Shown here piece after piece: positions 1-11,207 of a DNA stretch of 64,000 nucleotides. This DNA is from Massalongia carnosa (taxonomy: Eukaryota): NCBI GenBank assembly GCA_965645245.1, contig OZ287073.1:2108001-2172000 (forward strand), written 5' to 3'. Position 1 is the first letter of the stretch. Each line of letters opens with the position of its first letter. The notes under the pieces are model-generated. The model was given only the letters and a program-made list of their open reading frames with translations, was not told the origin of the DNA and ran no database searches. The translations under genes and the position numbers were made by a program.

Positions 1-592
1 GAGCAAAAAATGTATATAGATCAGGCGTATTTATCAAACTACATTTGTTTAATTTTAACCATTTGACTAGATTTTCTGATCGAATTGCATTTTGAATCTT
101 CGAATTCCACCAGCTATGATGTGCATTGAAATCTCCACATATGACAAATTGATCAGTTGATATAGGTTGATATTTAACTAAAAGTCGATCGATTGTATAT
201 GTTTCTCGATCGTTTAGACTTTTTTCATTGTAAAGGTTAAAGATCTGCACTTTTCGAACTTCATCAATTGTAATTTCGATAATTTGCAGATCAGTATCGT
301 TTATAAGATCCGTTCTAGGCGTGCATTGTAATTTTAGATTGCATTTTGTAACGAATATAGCTACTCTCGGCCGATAAGTCGCTATTTTCGGCATAATACA
401 TGTGAATGACGGATGGGAAATTGTTTTTTGATCTCGCGTCCATGGTTCCTGAAATAAAACAATATCAACACGATTTAATACTGCATATTCCAGACACGAA
501 ATCATTGCATTCGTTGACTTTGCACAATTATGTTGAATAAATTTGACATTTTGTGTATTTTCGATATTTGTCAACGAATGTTGTCCCGCCAT
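1..592 (-). CDS. LINE-A ORF2 N-terminus (APE endonuclease), partial
   Basis: ATG overlaps the ORF1 stop (TAATG). Motifs IQHN, FQEP, GDFNAHH. Confidence 0.9.
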   Translation of the reverse strand, partial: MAGQHSLTNIENTQNVKFIQHNCAKSTNAMISCLEYAVLNRVDIVLFQEPWTRDQKTISHPSFTCIMPKIATYRPRVAIFVTKCNLKLQCTPRTDLINDTDLQIIEITIDEVRKVQIFNLYNEKSLNDRETYTIDRLLVKYQPISTDQFVICGDFNAHHSWWNSKIQNAIRSENLVKWLKLNKCSLINTPDLYTFFA

Positions 593-2175
593 TAACCAAG
601 CATTAATTCATCATTCGATTTTCTAGGATTTAGCGAGATAAACATTTCGCAACCTATATCGTTCGATTGATGATTTTTGTTGCAATTGACGCATTTCAGA
701 ATTGCATGTGCGCATGCGATTTTAGACTTGCAGCTTGTGCATTCATGATTATGCGTTTCATGACTTTGTGCGCATATATTGCATTTTGCCGGACTTTTGC
801 ATTGATAATGCTTATGTCCAAATTTCTGACAATTAATACATTGCGTGTTTGGACGAACGGATGCAAATATTTCCGTGTCACAATGTCTACCCGCGATATT
901 CACGCCTCTTAACGCGTTTGACGCTTGATTTTGATTATTGAAAGTCAAAACTACCGACGACGTGACTTTGTTTTGACGATCCCGAGCAAGCCATCTTGGT
1001 AAATCGCATAGTTGCATATTCGAATTGTATTTTTCGATTTCGGTTTGCAAATATTGCATGTTATTATCGAATAACGAGATATTTACTCCGTGTGCTATGA
1101 CTTTAAACCAGGATTCGTCTTTTCGAATTCTTTGTGATTCGAAAATGTGTTCCCATGAAGATTTATTTTTCAACAATTCTTCGGCATTGTTGTCAGGGCT
1201 AGTGGTGAGAACGATATTCTGACCAGTTTTGGACTTTTCAACAGTATTGACGATGATGTTTAAATTTGCGTGTTTTAATAGCTCGTTAATTTGATCACGC
1301 AGCTTCATAGAGTCGATTTGAGCGTCAGGATTTTTCGGTGAAATTACGAGTCGTCTGGCCTTGATTGCATCATATCGATCGACTTTGTTCGAATTATGAT
1401 TCGAACTTTTCCTTTGAATAGTAGTCCAACTTTCGGAGTTTTCGGTTGCTTTTCCAAGCATTTGACTCCATGTACCGGTTGTGCTAACATTGTTACCAGA
1501 GACCCCGGTGGCTCCTTTGCGAATGGTCTGATTTTCGATAATTGAATTTTCGTTCAATTTAACAACAGGTTTTTGGATTTTTGGACCATTCTGTAGTGGA
1601 GTCGTTTGTTGTTGTGACGTTTTTGAGGAAAGATGACTAGTTTGATCAAGTACTATGCCCATTTTATAGTTAATTATATCTAAGGATGTTTGTAAATTGA
1701 TTGATTTTTTCGAAATCAACGAATTAACGTTGTCAATTACGATAGCCGTTTGTGGATTTTGGTCCAGTACAAATGATTGCAATAATGCTTTTTTGGCCGA
1801 CTTTAGAAGCTCAATTGAATTTGCCCGATTGATCGCTTCTTGGCTATCTCTCGAATGTTCGTCAAATGTGCGTCTTTTATTTCGTTTGATTGGTGGGCTT
1901 GATCCAATATTTAAGTTCAATGAAGGCATCGGCAAGATAGTGGAAAATGGACCCGATGGGAATTTCGTTGCCTTTGGTGTCGGTGTGGACGGGGCTGATG
2001 CATATTCGCGAGTTTGATCCATAGGTTCAAGACGGGGAGAGCTCCCTATCAACGCCACCGGAGATGGTCCGGGGGAGTGTCGGGGGGGGGCCGGGTAAGG
2101 GGTCGATAGGGGGGCGGGACCGGCTGGGGGTGGTGTCCTTGGTATATTCCGGCGGTTCATTACCGCGTTAAACAT
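592..2175 (-). CDS. LINE-A ORF1 gag-like nucleic-acid-binding protein, 527 aa, intact
   Basis: Pro-rich N-terminus. C-terminal knuckles CINCQKFGHKHYQC, CNICAQSHETHNHEC, CVNCNKNHQSNDIGC. Confidence 0.93.
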   Translation of the reverse strand: MFNAVMNRRNIPRTPPPAGPAPLSTPYPAPPRHSPGPSPVALIGSSPRLEPMDQTREYASAPSTPTPKATKFPSGPFSTILPMPSLNLNIGSSPPIKRNKRRTFDEHSRDSQEAINRANSIELLKSAKKALLQSFVLDQNPQTAIVIDNVNSLISKKSINLQTSLDIINYKMGIVLDQTSHLSSKTSQQQTTPLQNGPKIQKPVVKLNENSIIENQTIRKGATGVSGNNVSTTGTWSQMLGKATENSESWTTIQRKSSNHNSNKVDRYDAIKARRLVISPKNPDAQIDSMKLRDQINELLKHANLNIIVNTVEKSKTGQNIVLTTSPDNNAEELLKNKSSWEHIFESQRIRKDESWFKVIAHGVNISLFDNNMQYLQTEIEKYNSNMQLCDLPRWLARDRQNKVTSSVVLTFNNQNQASNALRGVNIAGRHCDTEIFASVRPNTQCINCQKFGHKHYQCKSPAKCNICAQSHETHNHECTSCKSKIACAHAILKCVNCNKNHQSNDIGCEMFISLNPRKSNDELMLG

Positions 2176-3094
2176 GGATTTATAAATAAATCGATGTTGC
2201 CTTTGCTATATCCCCTTTATCGCCACCAAATAATTTATTCTGACGTTCCCCGGACGTAATAGTCAGAATAGAGAGTTTTTACGCCGATTTACTGGTCTAA
2301 AGACTCTTGCTTTCCAAACCCTATTTATTTGACAATAACAAGTCAAATAAATCCTAGTCGAGTTAAAATAGACCGTTCCTCGCTTAGGCAATAGATCTTA
2401 TTTAACTCTTTACCTTGACACTACGATATATGGAATATAATAAGAATTTTACGATCGAACAGAAAAATTTTTTTTTTTTTAAAAAATGTTTTTGATCCAG
2501 AAATAAAAATCAAGTACAATGAGAGAGAGGAGACTTCCTATTCTGGTTAGCCTGAAACAGGGCCTTTGGTTTAACCCTATTTCAGACGTTTTTCCCCTTT
2601 GTTTCAGCAGATTGTTGGTCGGCAGTTCAACGAAAATCGAAAAAACCCAAAATGGAATAGTGTATACGGTACCGGTAACCTTAAATTTCAAATGAACACC
2701 AAGAAGTTTTGTTGTCTCGAGAACAGGTTGTACAGTTACGCGACAGTGATGATATTTTGTAGATAATTTTTGTGATAATAGATGAGATCTATGCGACAAT
2801 TAAACCGAAGAAATATCGAAAATCGAGCGATTTTTGACGTTGTTGTTGGTGTTTTTGTGTTTTGTAGATTTTTTGGACGCGCTTTTTGGTGAAGGGGCGG
2901 ACAGACCGCGAGGAAAACTCTGCAGGAGCAGTGGAAGAGCTCTCCTGTACCCAATTCTGATGGGTTTTAGCTTCTGGTAGGCTCAAATGAATGAGAAGAA
3001 TGAGGAGAATAAGTTGGGAAAGTTTCAGTATATCAAAACATAGGGTACCGATGTTTTGGGGGTTGGCTTTTTGCTGATAGTCGGAATGTTGGTG

Positions 3095-4586
3095 GGAACA
3101 ACAGATATGCTGAATGGAACGAAGACGAGAAAAAATCGAGTAAACCTCATCCTAGTCAGCTTATCCGTATTCTTCATTCCGTTTCGGATATAGTTCACAA
3201 AACTGATGAATTCGAATCAGTAAATAATTTCATCAAACCTTGGAAGCCGTCTTGTAAAATCAAGTTCCAAATCGAAAGATCAAAAGAAACAGCAAAGTCA
3301 AGTTATTATTCGACTTTATCAAAAATTCAATCAATAAACGCCGATAAATCGCAAATTTTACTTTATACCGATGGATCAAAAACCGAGTTTTCAACTTTCG
3401 CTGTCACATTTGCACCAATTACGCGAAATTGGAACAATTTCACCGATAAATTCAATCGTTTTATCGAAAAAGATTGTCTCCTCAAACATCATACGATTTC
3501 GAAAAGCTGGAAATTAAACAAACAGTCAAGCGTTAAAAACGCTGAACTGTATGCGATACTACAAGCAATAAAATGGGCATACAAATTGACAATTGCGAAT
3601 ATTCTCTTCAATTTGGAAAAAACGATTTGGATTTTTTCCGATAGCATAAACGCGATAAACGAAATTCAGAACTTGACAAATCATACTTACGCAAAACAAA
3701 TTCGAAAATTCTCGAAATGCTTATTCGGAAACAATTATCAGGTGGTTCTACAATGGATTCCTGGTCATTCGAAAATCGTCGAAAATGAAATTGCAGATAA
3801 AGCAGCAAAAGCGGGACATAGTCGAATCCTAGTCGAGTCTTCGATAATAACATTTGATTATGTGAAGGGTCAAATAAATCGAAATATGTTAGCCACATGG
3901 GCGAATCAATGGCAACAATGCAAGTCAAAAGGCAAATACTATGAGAAATTCGAAATGCAGCCGGGCAAATCGAGTTTTTATTATCTGTCGAATAATTGTT
4001 CTAAATTAATATTTGCAACTATTATGCAAATGAAATTCGGACACGGTTATTTTCGATCATATCTGCACCGATTGAAAGATTATAATTCGTCAAAATGCAC
4101 AGGGCGCTGCAACGAACGTCAAACGCCAGAACACTTATTGATGAATTGCATACATTATTCAAATGAAATCCTAAACATGAAACAAAATATCGATACCACA
4201 ATTACTTTAAAAATGTTGTTTAATACTAGGATCGGAAATAATATTTTGATTAAATTTATTGTTGATAACAAAATCGCGACTAGAAAATGGATGCTAGGTC
4301 AGCTCGATGACGAAAAAATCGTAACGGGAGGTTAGGGAGAGATCGAACAGTAAAATTAGAAATGATTTATGCTGGAATATTTACGAGCTTTACAGAAACA
4401 GATTTAAAAATCGATATTTCGATTACTAAAGGTTTTTACTAACACGGAGTAAAAACGGGGCAATATTGACGATACATAGTAGGGTTATAAAGGGTTGATT
4501 TATTTGTAAAATAAAACCATATCTTAAAATAGTTTAGTGTCATAACCTTAGGTTGAATACACTTAATGAATAAATAAAAAAAAAAA
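3095..4586 (+). mobile_element. LINE-A 5'-truncated direct arm of unit 1 (RNase H, C-terminal CCHC, 3' UTR, poly(A))
   Basis: Matches 15550-17046. YTDGS, NAEL, FSDS, PGHS, NEIAD motifs; premature TAG (TGG in other copies); A-tail at 4576-4586. Confidence 0.93.
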
Positions 4587-4609
4587 TTCAGCATAAATCA
4601 TTTCTAATT

Positions 4610-7600
4610 TTACTGTTCGATCTCTCCCCACCCTTCCGTTTCGATATTTTCGTCATCGAGCTGACCTAGCATCCATTTTCTAGTCGCGATTTTGTTATCA
4701 ACAATAAATTTAATAAAAATATTATTACCGAGCCTAGTATTAAACAACATTTTTAAAGTAATTGTGGTATCGATATTTTGTTTCATGTTTAGGATTTCAT
4801 TTGAATAATGTATGCAATTTATCAATAAGTATTCTGGCGTTTGACGTTCGGTTCAGCGCCCTGTGCATTTTAACGAATTATAATCTTTCAATCGGTGCAG
4901 ATATGATCGAAAATAACCGTGTCCGAATTTCATTTGCATAATAGTCGCAAATATCAATTTCGAACAATTATTCGACAGATAATAAAAACTCGATTTGCCC
5001 GGCTGCATTTTCGAATTTCTCATAGTATTTGCCTTTTGACTTGCATTGTTGCCATTGATTCGCCCATGTGGCTAACAAATTTCGATTTATTTGACCCTTT
5101 ACATAATCAAATGTTATTATCGAAGACTCGACTAGGAAGCGACTATGTCCCGCTTTTGCTGCTTTATCTGCAATTTCATTTTCGACGATTTTCGAATGAC
5201 TAGGAATCCATTGTAGAACCACCTGATAATTGTTTCCGAATAAGCATTTCGAGAATTTTCGAATTTGTTTTGCGTAAGTATGATTTGTCAAGTTCTGAAT
5301 TTCGTTTATCGCGTTTATGCTATCGGAAAAAATCCAAATCCTTTTTTCCAAATTGAAGAGAATATTCGCAATTGTCAATTTGTATGCCCATTTTATTGCT
5401 TGTAGTATCGCATACAGTTCAGCGTTTTTAACGCTTGACTGTTTGTTTAATTTCCAGCTTTTCGAAATCGTATGATGTTTGAGGAGACAATCTTTTTCGA
5501 TAAAACGATTGAAGTTATCGGTGAAATTGTTCCAATTTCGCATAATTGGTGCAAATGTGACAGCGGAAGTTGAAAACTCGGTTTTTGATCTATCGGTATA
5601 GAGTAACATTCGCGATTTATCTGATTGGATTTTTGATAAAGTCGAATAATAACTTGACTTTGCTGTTTCTTTGGATCTTTCGATTTGGAAATTGATTTTA
5701 CAAGACGGCTTCCATGGTTTGATGAAATTATTTACTGATTCGAATTCATCAGTTTTGTGAACTATATCCGAAACGGAATGAAGAATACGGATAAGCTGAC
5801 TAGGATGAGGTTTACTCGATTTTTTCTCGTCTTCGTTCCATTCAGCATATCTGTTGTTCCATAAACTAGTGTCAAAACCGATGTTTTCGAATTTCACAGA
5901 ATAGGTACTAGGAATTCTTTGACAAATAGGATTATTTTCGGCAATCTTCAATAATCGAATTGCGTATTTTGATTTTTCATCAACAATCGTAGCATGGCTG
6001 GTAAAATATGCGATTCAATTTCCATCGCCTGAACAGGCGTGGTTTTGAATGTGCCTAAAATCTTTCGAATCATTCGATTTTGCAGATTCTGAAATAGCTT
6101 TTCATATTTCTTTTGACCGTTATACCAGATTTCTGAGCCATAGTCCGAAATAGGAATAATGCATGACAGATAGAGCTGTCTGCATGCAGTTGGCTTTATT
6201 CCCCATTCAGACTTCATCAAATTTTGAATTGCGAAAAACGATCGATTTGCAGAAGCAATTCGCGTTTCGACGTGTTTTTTGTAATTTAGCTTTCGGTCTA
6301 ACCAGACTCCTAACCACTTGACAGAATTTCTCGGTTCTAGTATTGTCCCGTTTGGTAATTGCACTTTGTCTTTTGATGCATTTCTTGACTTTTCGAAGTG
6401 AATCAACTCAGATTTGTCGTCATCAAATTTGACATTATTCGTTGCGGCCCAATCAAAAGCTGTTTTGACGATAATTTCGATTTCTTTGCAATTCTGTGTG
6501 GCAGTTTTATTTTCGACATATATAGCAACATCGTCTATAAAGCTAGGTGAATGAGCATTGAACTTCATTCGTATTTTCGGAAATAAGTAACGAATATAAA
6601 TCAGAAATAGAATTGGCGAAATTGGTGAACCTTGTGGAATTCCAGATTCGATATAGTACGTTTTGCTTTTGTGTTCATCGAATATCAAATTGATCGATCG
6701 TTTTGTCATAAAATGCTTGACCCATTGAATAACTATGCGAGATAAATGCAGCTTTTTCATAATATTTAGCAATTGATTAATCGAAACAAAGTCAAATGCT
6801 CCTTTGACATCGAGTAATAGACATGATAAAACGTTTTTGATTCGGTTTGCGATTTCGATATCATGAACGACGTTCATTACCGCATCGATTGTAGAATGAT
6901 TTTTCCGTCCGCCCATTTGTTCGGTATCTAACAAGCTCGAATTTTCGCCGAGGTAGGCTAGTCGATTAGCAACTATTTTCTACGCAATTTTATCAAGATA
7001 ATTCAGTAAGGTAATAATTCGATATGATTTTGGCAACGAGAAGTCTGGTTTATTAGGTTTTTTTAAAACAGCACCGAGTCCTGTTCGCCAACATAACGGG
7101 TGATAACCGATTTGTATAAACTTAGAATAAATAGTAAAAAACACGTTTTTCAATGGTTGAAACGATTTTTGAATTATTGTGAAATTGATTGCATCAGGTC
7201 CACATGATTTCTTTGGATTAAATAAACTAATCGCAATTTGCAATTCATTTTCGGTTAAATTCGGCCAATTGTTGTCATTTTCGCTGTCTTGATTCGTTAA
7301 ATCTTCAATATTATCATCCGTGAACGGGTTTTTTGTGTACATTGCTGACACAAACGCATCGCATTTGTGATCGAATTGAACATATAACTTATTTTCATAT
7401 TGAATAGGAGGTATTTTTTCGAACATGCGCGGTTTAGTGTATTTATAAGCTGTAAATACGTCTTTATTCGCTGCGTTTTCGAGTAAAGCCAACCAAGTTT
7501 GCTGTTTCGCTTTTCGAATTGCATGAAAGTACTCGATTCGACTATGTCTAAATGTTTGATGACTAAAATAGGACGGATTATTCTTCCATTCTCGACGATG

Positions 7601-8614
7601 TCTACACATGATTTTTCGAAGTCCGGTTAAATCTTGCGACCACCAATTTTTCGATTTTGCGCATATTTTTGTCTTCGGAATAAACATTTCAGCCGCGTTT
7701 TTGATAACGTTTTGCAAATATAACGCTGATTCATCAAATTGATAATTGTTCAATAGACTTTGTATTTGGGACTCGTAGTTTACTGCATTTTCGTCTAGAA
7801 ACTTCGCGAATTTATCCCAATCGGCTTTATTGCAGTTGTATTTATTCGATAATGCGGTTGCGTGTGACGTCAAGTTCTTGAAAGACGCGATAAGTTCAAA
7901 TCGAATAACTTCATGATCTGAACCCGTGACTGCGTTTTCATCGATTGACCAATTTGTAATTGCGTTTTCGATTTTAGAATTTGCAAATGTTAAATCAATA
8001 ATAGATGAAGAGTTTCCTGAATGAGCATAAAATGTATATAGATCAGGCGTATTTATCAAACTACATTTGTTTAATTTTAACCATTTGACTAGATTTTCTG
8101 ATCGAATTGCATTTTGAATCTTCGAATTCCACCAGCTATGATGTGCATTGAAATGTCCACATATGACAAATTAATCAGTTGATATAGGTTGATATTTAAC
8201 TAAAAGTCGATCGATTGTATATGTTTCTCGATCGTTTAGACTTTTTTCATTGTAAAGGTTAAAGATCTGCACTTTTCGAACTTCATCAATTGTAATTTCG
8301 ATAATTTGCAGATCAGTATCGTTTATAAGATCCGTTCTAGGCGTGCATTGTAATTTTAGATTGCATTTTGTAACGAATATAGCTACTCTCGGCCGATAAG
8401 TCGCTATTTTCGGCATAATACATGTGAATGACGGATGGGAAATTGTTTTTTGATCTCGCGTCCATGGTTCCTGAAATAAAACAATATCAACACGATTTAA
8501 TACTGCATATTCCAGACACGAAATCATTGCATTCGTTGACTTTGCACAATTATGTTGAATAAATTTGACATTTTGTGTATTTTCGATATTTGTCAACGAA
8601 TGTTGTCCCGCCAT
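4610..8614 (-). pseudogene. LINE-A ORF2 (APE-RT-RNase H-CCHC), disrupted
   Basis: Fragments 8171-8614, 6980-8059, 5948-6934, 4968-5951, 4610-4825. RT motifs LLDVKGAFD, GIPQGSPISP, SFIDD. Confidence 0.93.
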
Positions 8615-10197
8615 TAACCAAGCATTAATTCATCATTCGATTTTCTAGGATTTAGCGAGATAAACATTTCGCAACCTATATCGTTCGATTGATGATTTTT
8701 GTTGCAATTGACGCATTTCAGAATTGCATGTGCGCATGCGATTTTAGACTTGCAGCTTGTGCATTCATGATTATGCGTTTCATGACTTTGTGCGCATATA
8801 TTGCATTTTGCCGGACTTTTGCATTGATAATGCTTATGTCCAAATTTCTGACAATTAATACATTGCGTGTTTGGACGAACGGATGCAAATATTTCCGTGT
8901 CACAATGTCTACCCGCGATATTCACGCCTCTTAACGCGTTTGACGCTTGATTTTGATTATTGAAAGTCAAAACTACCGACGACGTGACTTTGTTTTGACG
9001 ATCCCGAGCAAGCCATCTTGGTAAATCGCATAGTTGCATATTCGAATTGTATTTTTCGATTTCGGTTTGCAAATATTGCATGTTATTATCGAATAACGAG
9101 ATATTTACTCCGTGTGCTATGACTTTAAACCAGGATTCGTCTTTTCGAATTCTTTGTGATTCGAAAATGTGTTCCCATGAAGATTTATTTTTCAACAATT
9201 CTTCGGCATTGTTGTCAGGGCTAGTGGTGAGAACGATATTCTGACCAGTTTTGGACTTTTCAACAGTATTGACGATGATGTTTAAATTTGCGTGTTTTAA
9301 TAGCTCGTTAATTTGATCACGCAGCTTCATAGAGTCGATTTGAGCGTCAGGATTTTTCGGTGAAATTACGAGTCGTCTGGCCTTGATTGCATCATATCGA
9401 TCGACTTTGTTCGAATTATGATTCGAACTTTTCCTTTGAATAGTAGTCCAACTTTCGGAGTTTTCGGTTGCTTTTCCAAGCATTTGACTCCATGTACCGG
9501 TTGTGCTAACATTGTTACCAGAGACCCCGGTGGCTCCTTTGCGAATGGTCTGATTTTCGATAATTGAATTTTCGTTCAATTTAACAACAGGTTTTTGGAT
9601 TTTTGGACCATTCTGTAGTGGAGTCGTTTGTTGTTGTGACGTTTTTGAGGAAAGATGACTAGTTTGATCAAGTACTATGCCCATTTTATAGTTAATTATA
9701 TCTAAGGATGTTTGTAAATTGATTGATTTTTTCGAAATCAACGAATTAACGTTGTCAATTACGATAGCCGTTTGTGGATTTTGGTCCAGTACAAATGATT
9801 GCAATAATGCTTTTTTGGCCGACTTTAGAAGCTCAATTGAATTTGCCCGATTGATCGCTTCTTGGCTATCTCTCGAATGTTCGTCAAATGTGCGTCTTTT
9901 ATTTCGTTTGATTGGTGGGCTTGATCCAATATTTAAGTTCAATGAAGGCATCGGCAAGATAGTGGAAAATGGACCCGATGGGAATTTCGTTGCCTTTGGT
10001 GTCGGTGTGGACGGGGCTGATGCATATTCGCGAGTTTGATCCATAGGTTCAAGACGGGGAGAGCTCCCTATCAACGCCACCGGAGATGGTCCGGGGGAGT
10101 GTCGGGGGGGGGCCGGGTAAGGGGTCGATAGGGGGGCGGGACCGGCTGGGGGTGGTGTCCTTGGTATATTCCGGCGGTTCATTACCGCGTTAAACAT
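8614..10197 (-). CDS. LINE-A ORF1, 527 aa, intact
   Basis: Translation identical to 592-2175. Confidence 0.93.
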   Translation of the reverse strand: MFNAVMNRRNIPRTPPPAGPAPLSTPYPAPPRHSPGPSPVALIGSSPRLEPMDQTREYASAPSTPTPKATKFPSGPFSTILPMPSLNLNIGSSPPIKRNKRRTFDEHSRDSQEAINRANSIELLKSAKKALLQSFVLDQNPQTAIVIDNVNSLISKKSINLQTSLDIINYKMGIVLDQTSHLSSKTSQQQTTPLQNGPKIQKPVVKLNENSIIENQTIRKGATGVSGNNVSTTGTWSQMLGKATENSESWTTIQRKSSNHNSNKVDRYDAIKARRLVISPKNPDAQIDSMKLRDQINELLKHANLNIIVNTVEKSKTGQNIVLTTSPDNNAEELLKNKSSWEHIFESQRIRKDESWFKVIAHGVNISLFDNNMQYLQTEIEKYNSNMQLCDLPRWLARDRQNKVTSSVVLTFNNQNQASNALRGVNIAGRHCDTEIFASVRPNTQCINCQKFGHKHYQCKSPAKCNICAQSHETHNHECTSCKSKIACAHAILKCVNCNKNHQSNDIGCEMFISLNPRKSNDELMLG

Positions 10198-11207
10198 GGA
10201 TTTATAAATAAATCGATGTTGCCTTTGCTATATCCCCTTTATCGCCACCAAATAATTTATTCTGACGTTCCCCGGACGTAATAGTCAGAATAGAGAGTTT
10301 TTACGCCGATTTACTGGTCTAAAGACTCTTGCTTTCCAAACCCTATTTATTTGACAATAACAAGTCAAATAAATCCTAGTCGAGTTAAAATAGACCGTTC
10401 CTCGCTTAGGCAATAGATCTTATTTAACTCTTTACCTTGACACTACGATATATGGAATATAATAAGAATTTTACGATCGAACAGAAAAATTTTTTTTTTT
10501 TTAAAAAATGTTTTTGATCCAGAAATAAAAATCAAGTACAATGAGAGAGAGGAGACTTCCTATTCTGGTTAGCCTGAAACAGGGCCTTTGGTTTAACCCT
10601 ATTTCAGACGTTTTTCCCCTTTGTTTCAGCAGATTGTTGGTCGGCAGTTCAACGAAAATCGAAAAAACCCAAAATGGAATAGTGTATACGGTACCGGTAA
10701 CCTTAAATTTCAAATGAACACCAAGAAGTTTTGTTGTCTCGAGAACAGGTTGTACAGTTACGCGACAGTGATGATATTTTGTAGATAATTTTTGTGATAA
10801 TAGATGAGATCTATGCGACAATTAAACCGAAGAAATATCGAAAATCGAGCGATTTTTGACGTTGTTGTTGGTGTTTTTGTGTTTTGTAGATTTTTTGGAC
10901 GCGCTTTTTGGTGAAGGGGCGGACAGACCGCGAGGAAAACTCTGCAGGAGCAGTGGAAGAGCTCTCCTGTACCCAATTCTGATGGGTTTTAGCTTCTGGT
11001 AGGCTCAAATGAATGAGAAGAATGAGAAGAATAAGTTGGGAAAGTTTCAGTATATCAAAATATAGGGTACCGATGTTTTGGGGGTTGGCTTTTTGCTGAT
11101 GTAAAAACTCTCTATTCTGACTATTACGTCCGGGGAACGTCAGAATAAATTATTTGGTGGCGATAAAGGGGATATAGCAAAGGCAAAATCGATTTATTTA
11201 TAAATCC

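Larger units (their letters stand above)
1..3078 (-). mobile_element. LINE-A (Tad1-clade non-LTR retrotransposon), inverted arm of unit 1: 5' leader, ORF1 and start of ORF2; continues off the window edge
   Basis: Near-identical to 8023-11100 (offset 8022). ORF1 has CCHC knuckles, the AP endonuclease start is present, and the arm ends at TTTTGCTGAT like the other minus arm. Confidence 0.95.
4587..11100 (-). mobile_element. LINE-A inverted arm of unit 2: complete 5' end, ORF1 and ORF2; lacks the distal 3' UTR and poly(A)
   Basis: Reverse complement of 11101-16830 plus an extra ~0.8 kb of leader. Begins immediately after the poly(A) of unit 1. Confidence 0.95.

Noticed and set aside
1697..2017. 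Short antisense ORFs repeated in each LINE-A ORF1 copy
   Set aside because: Shadow frames; they recur only because the copies are near-identical.
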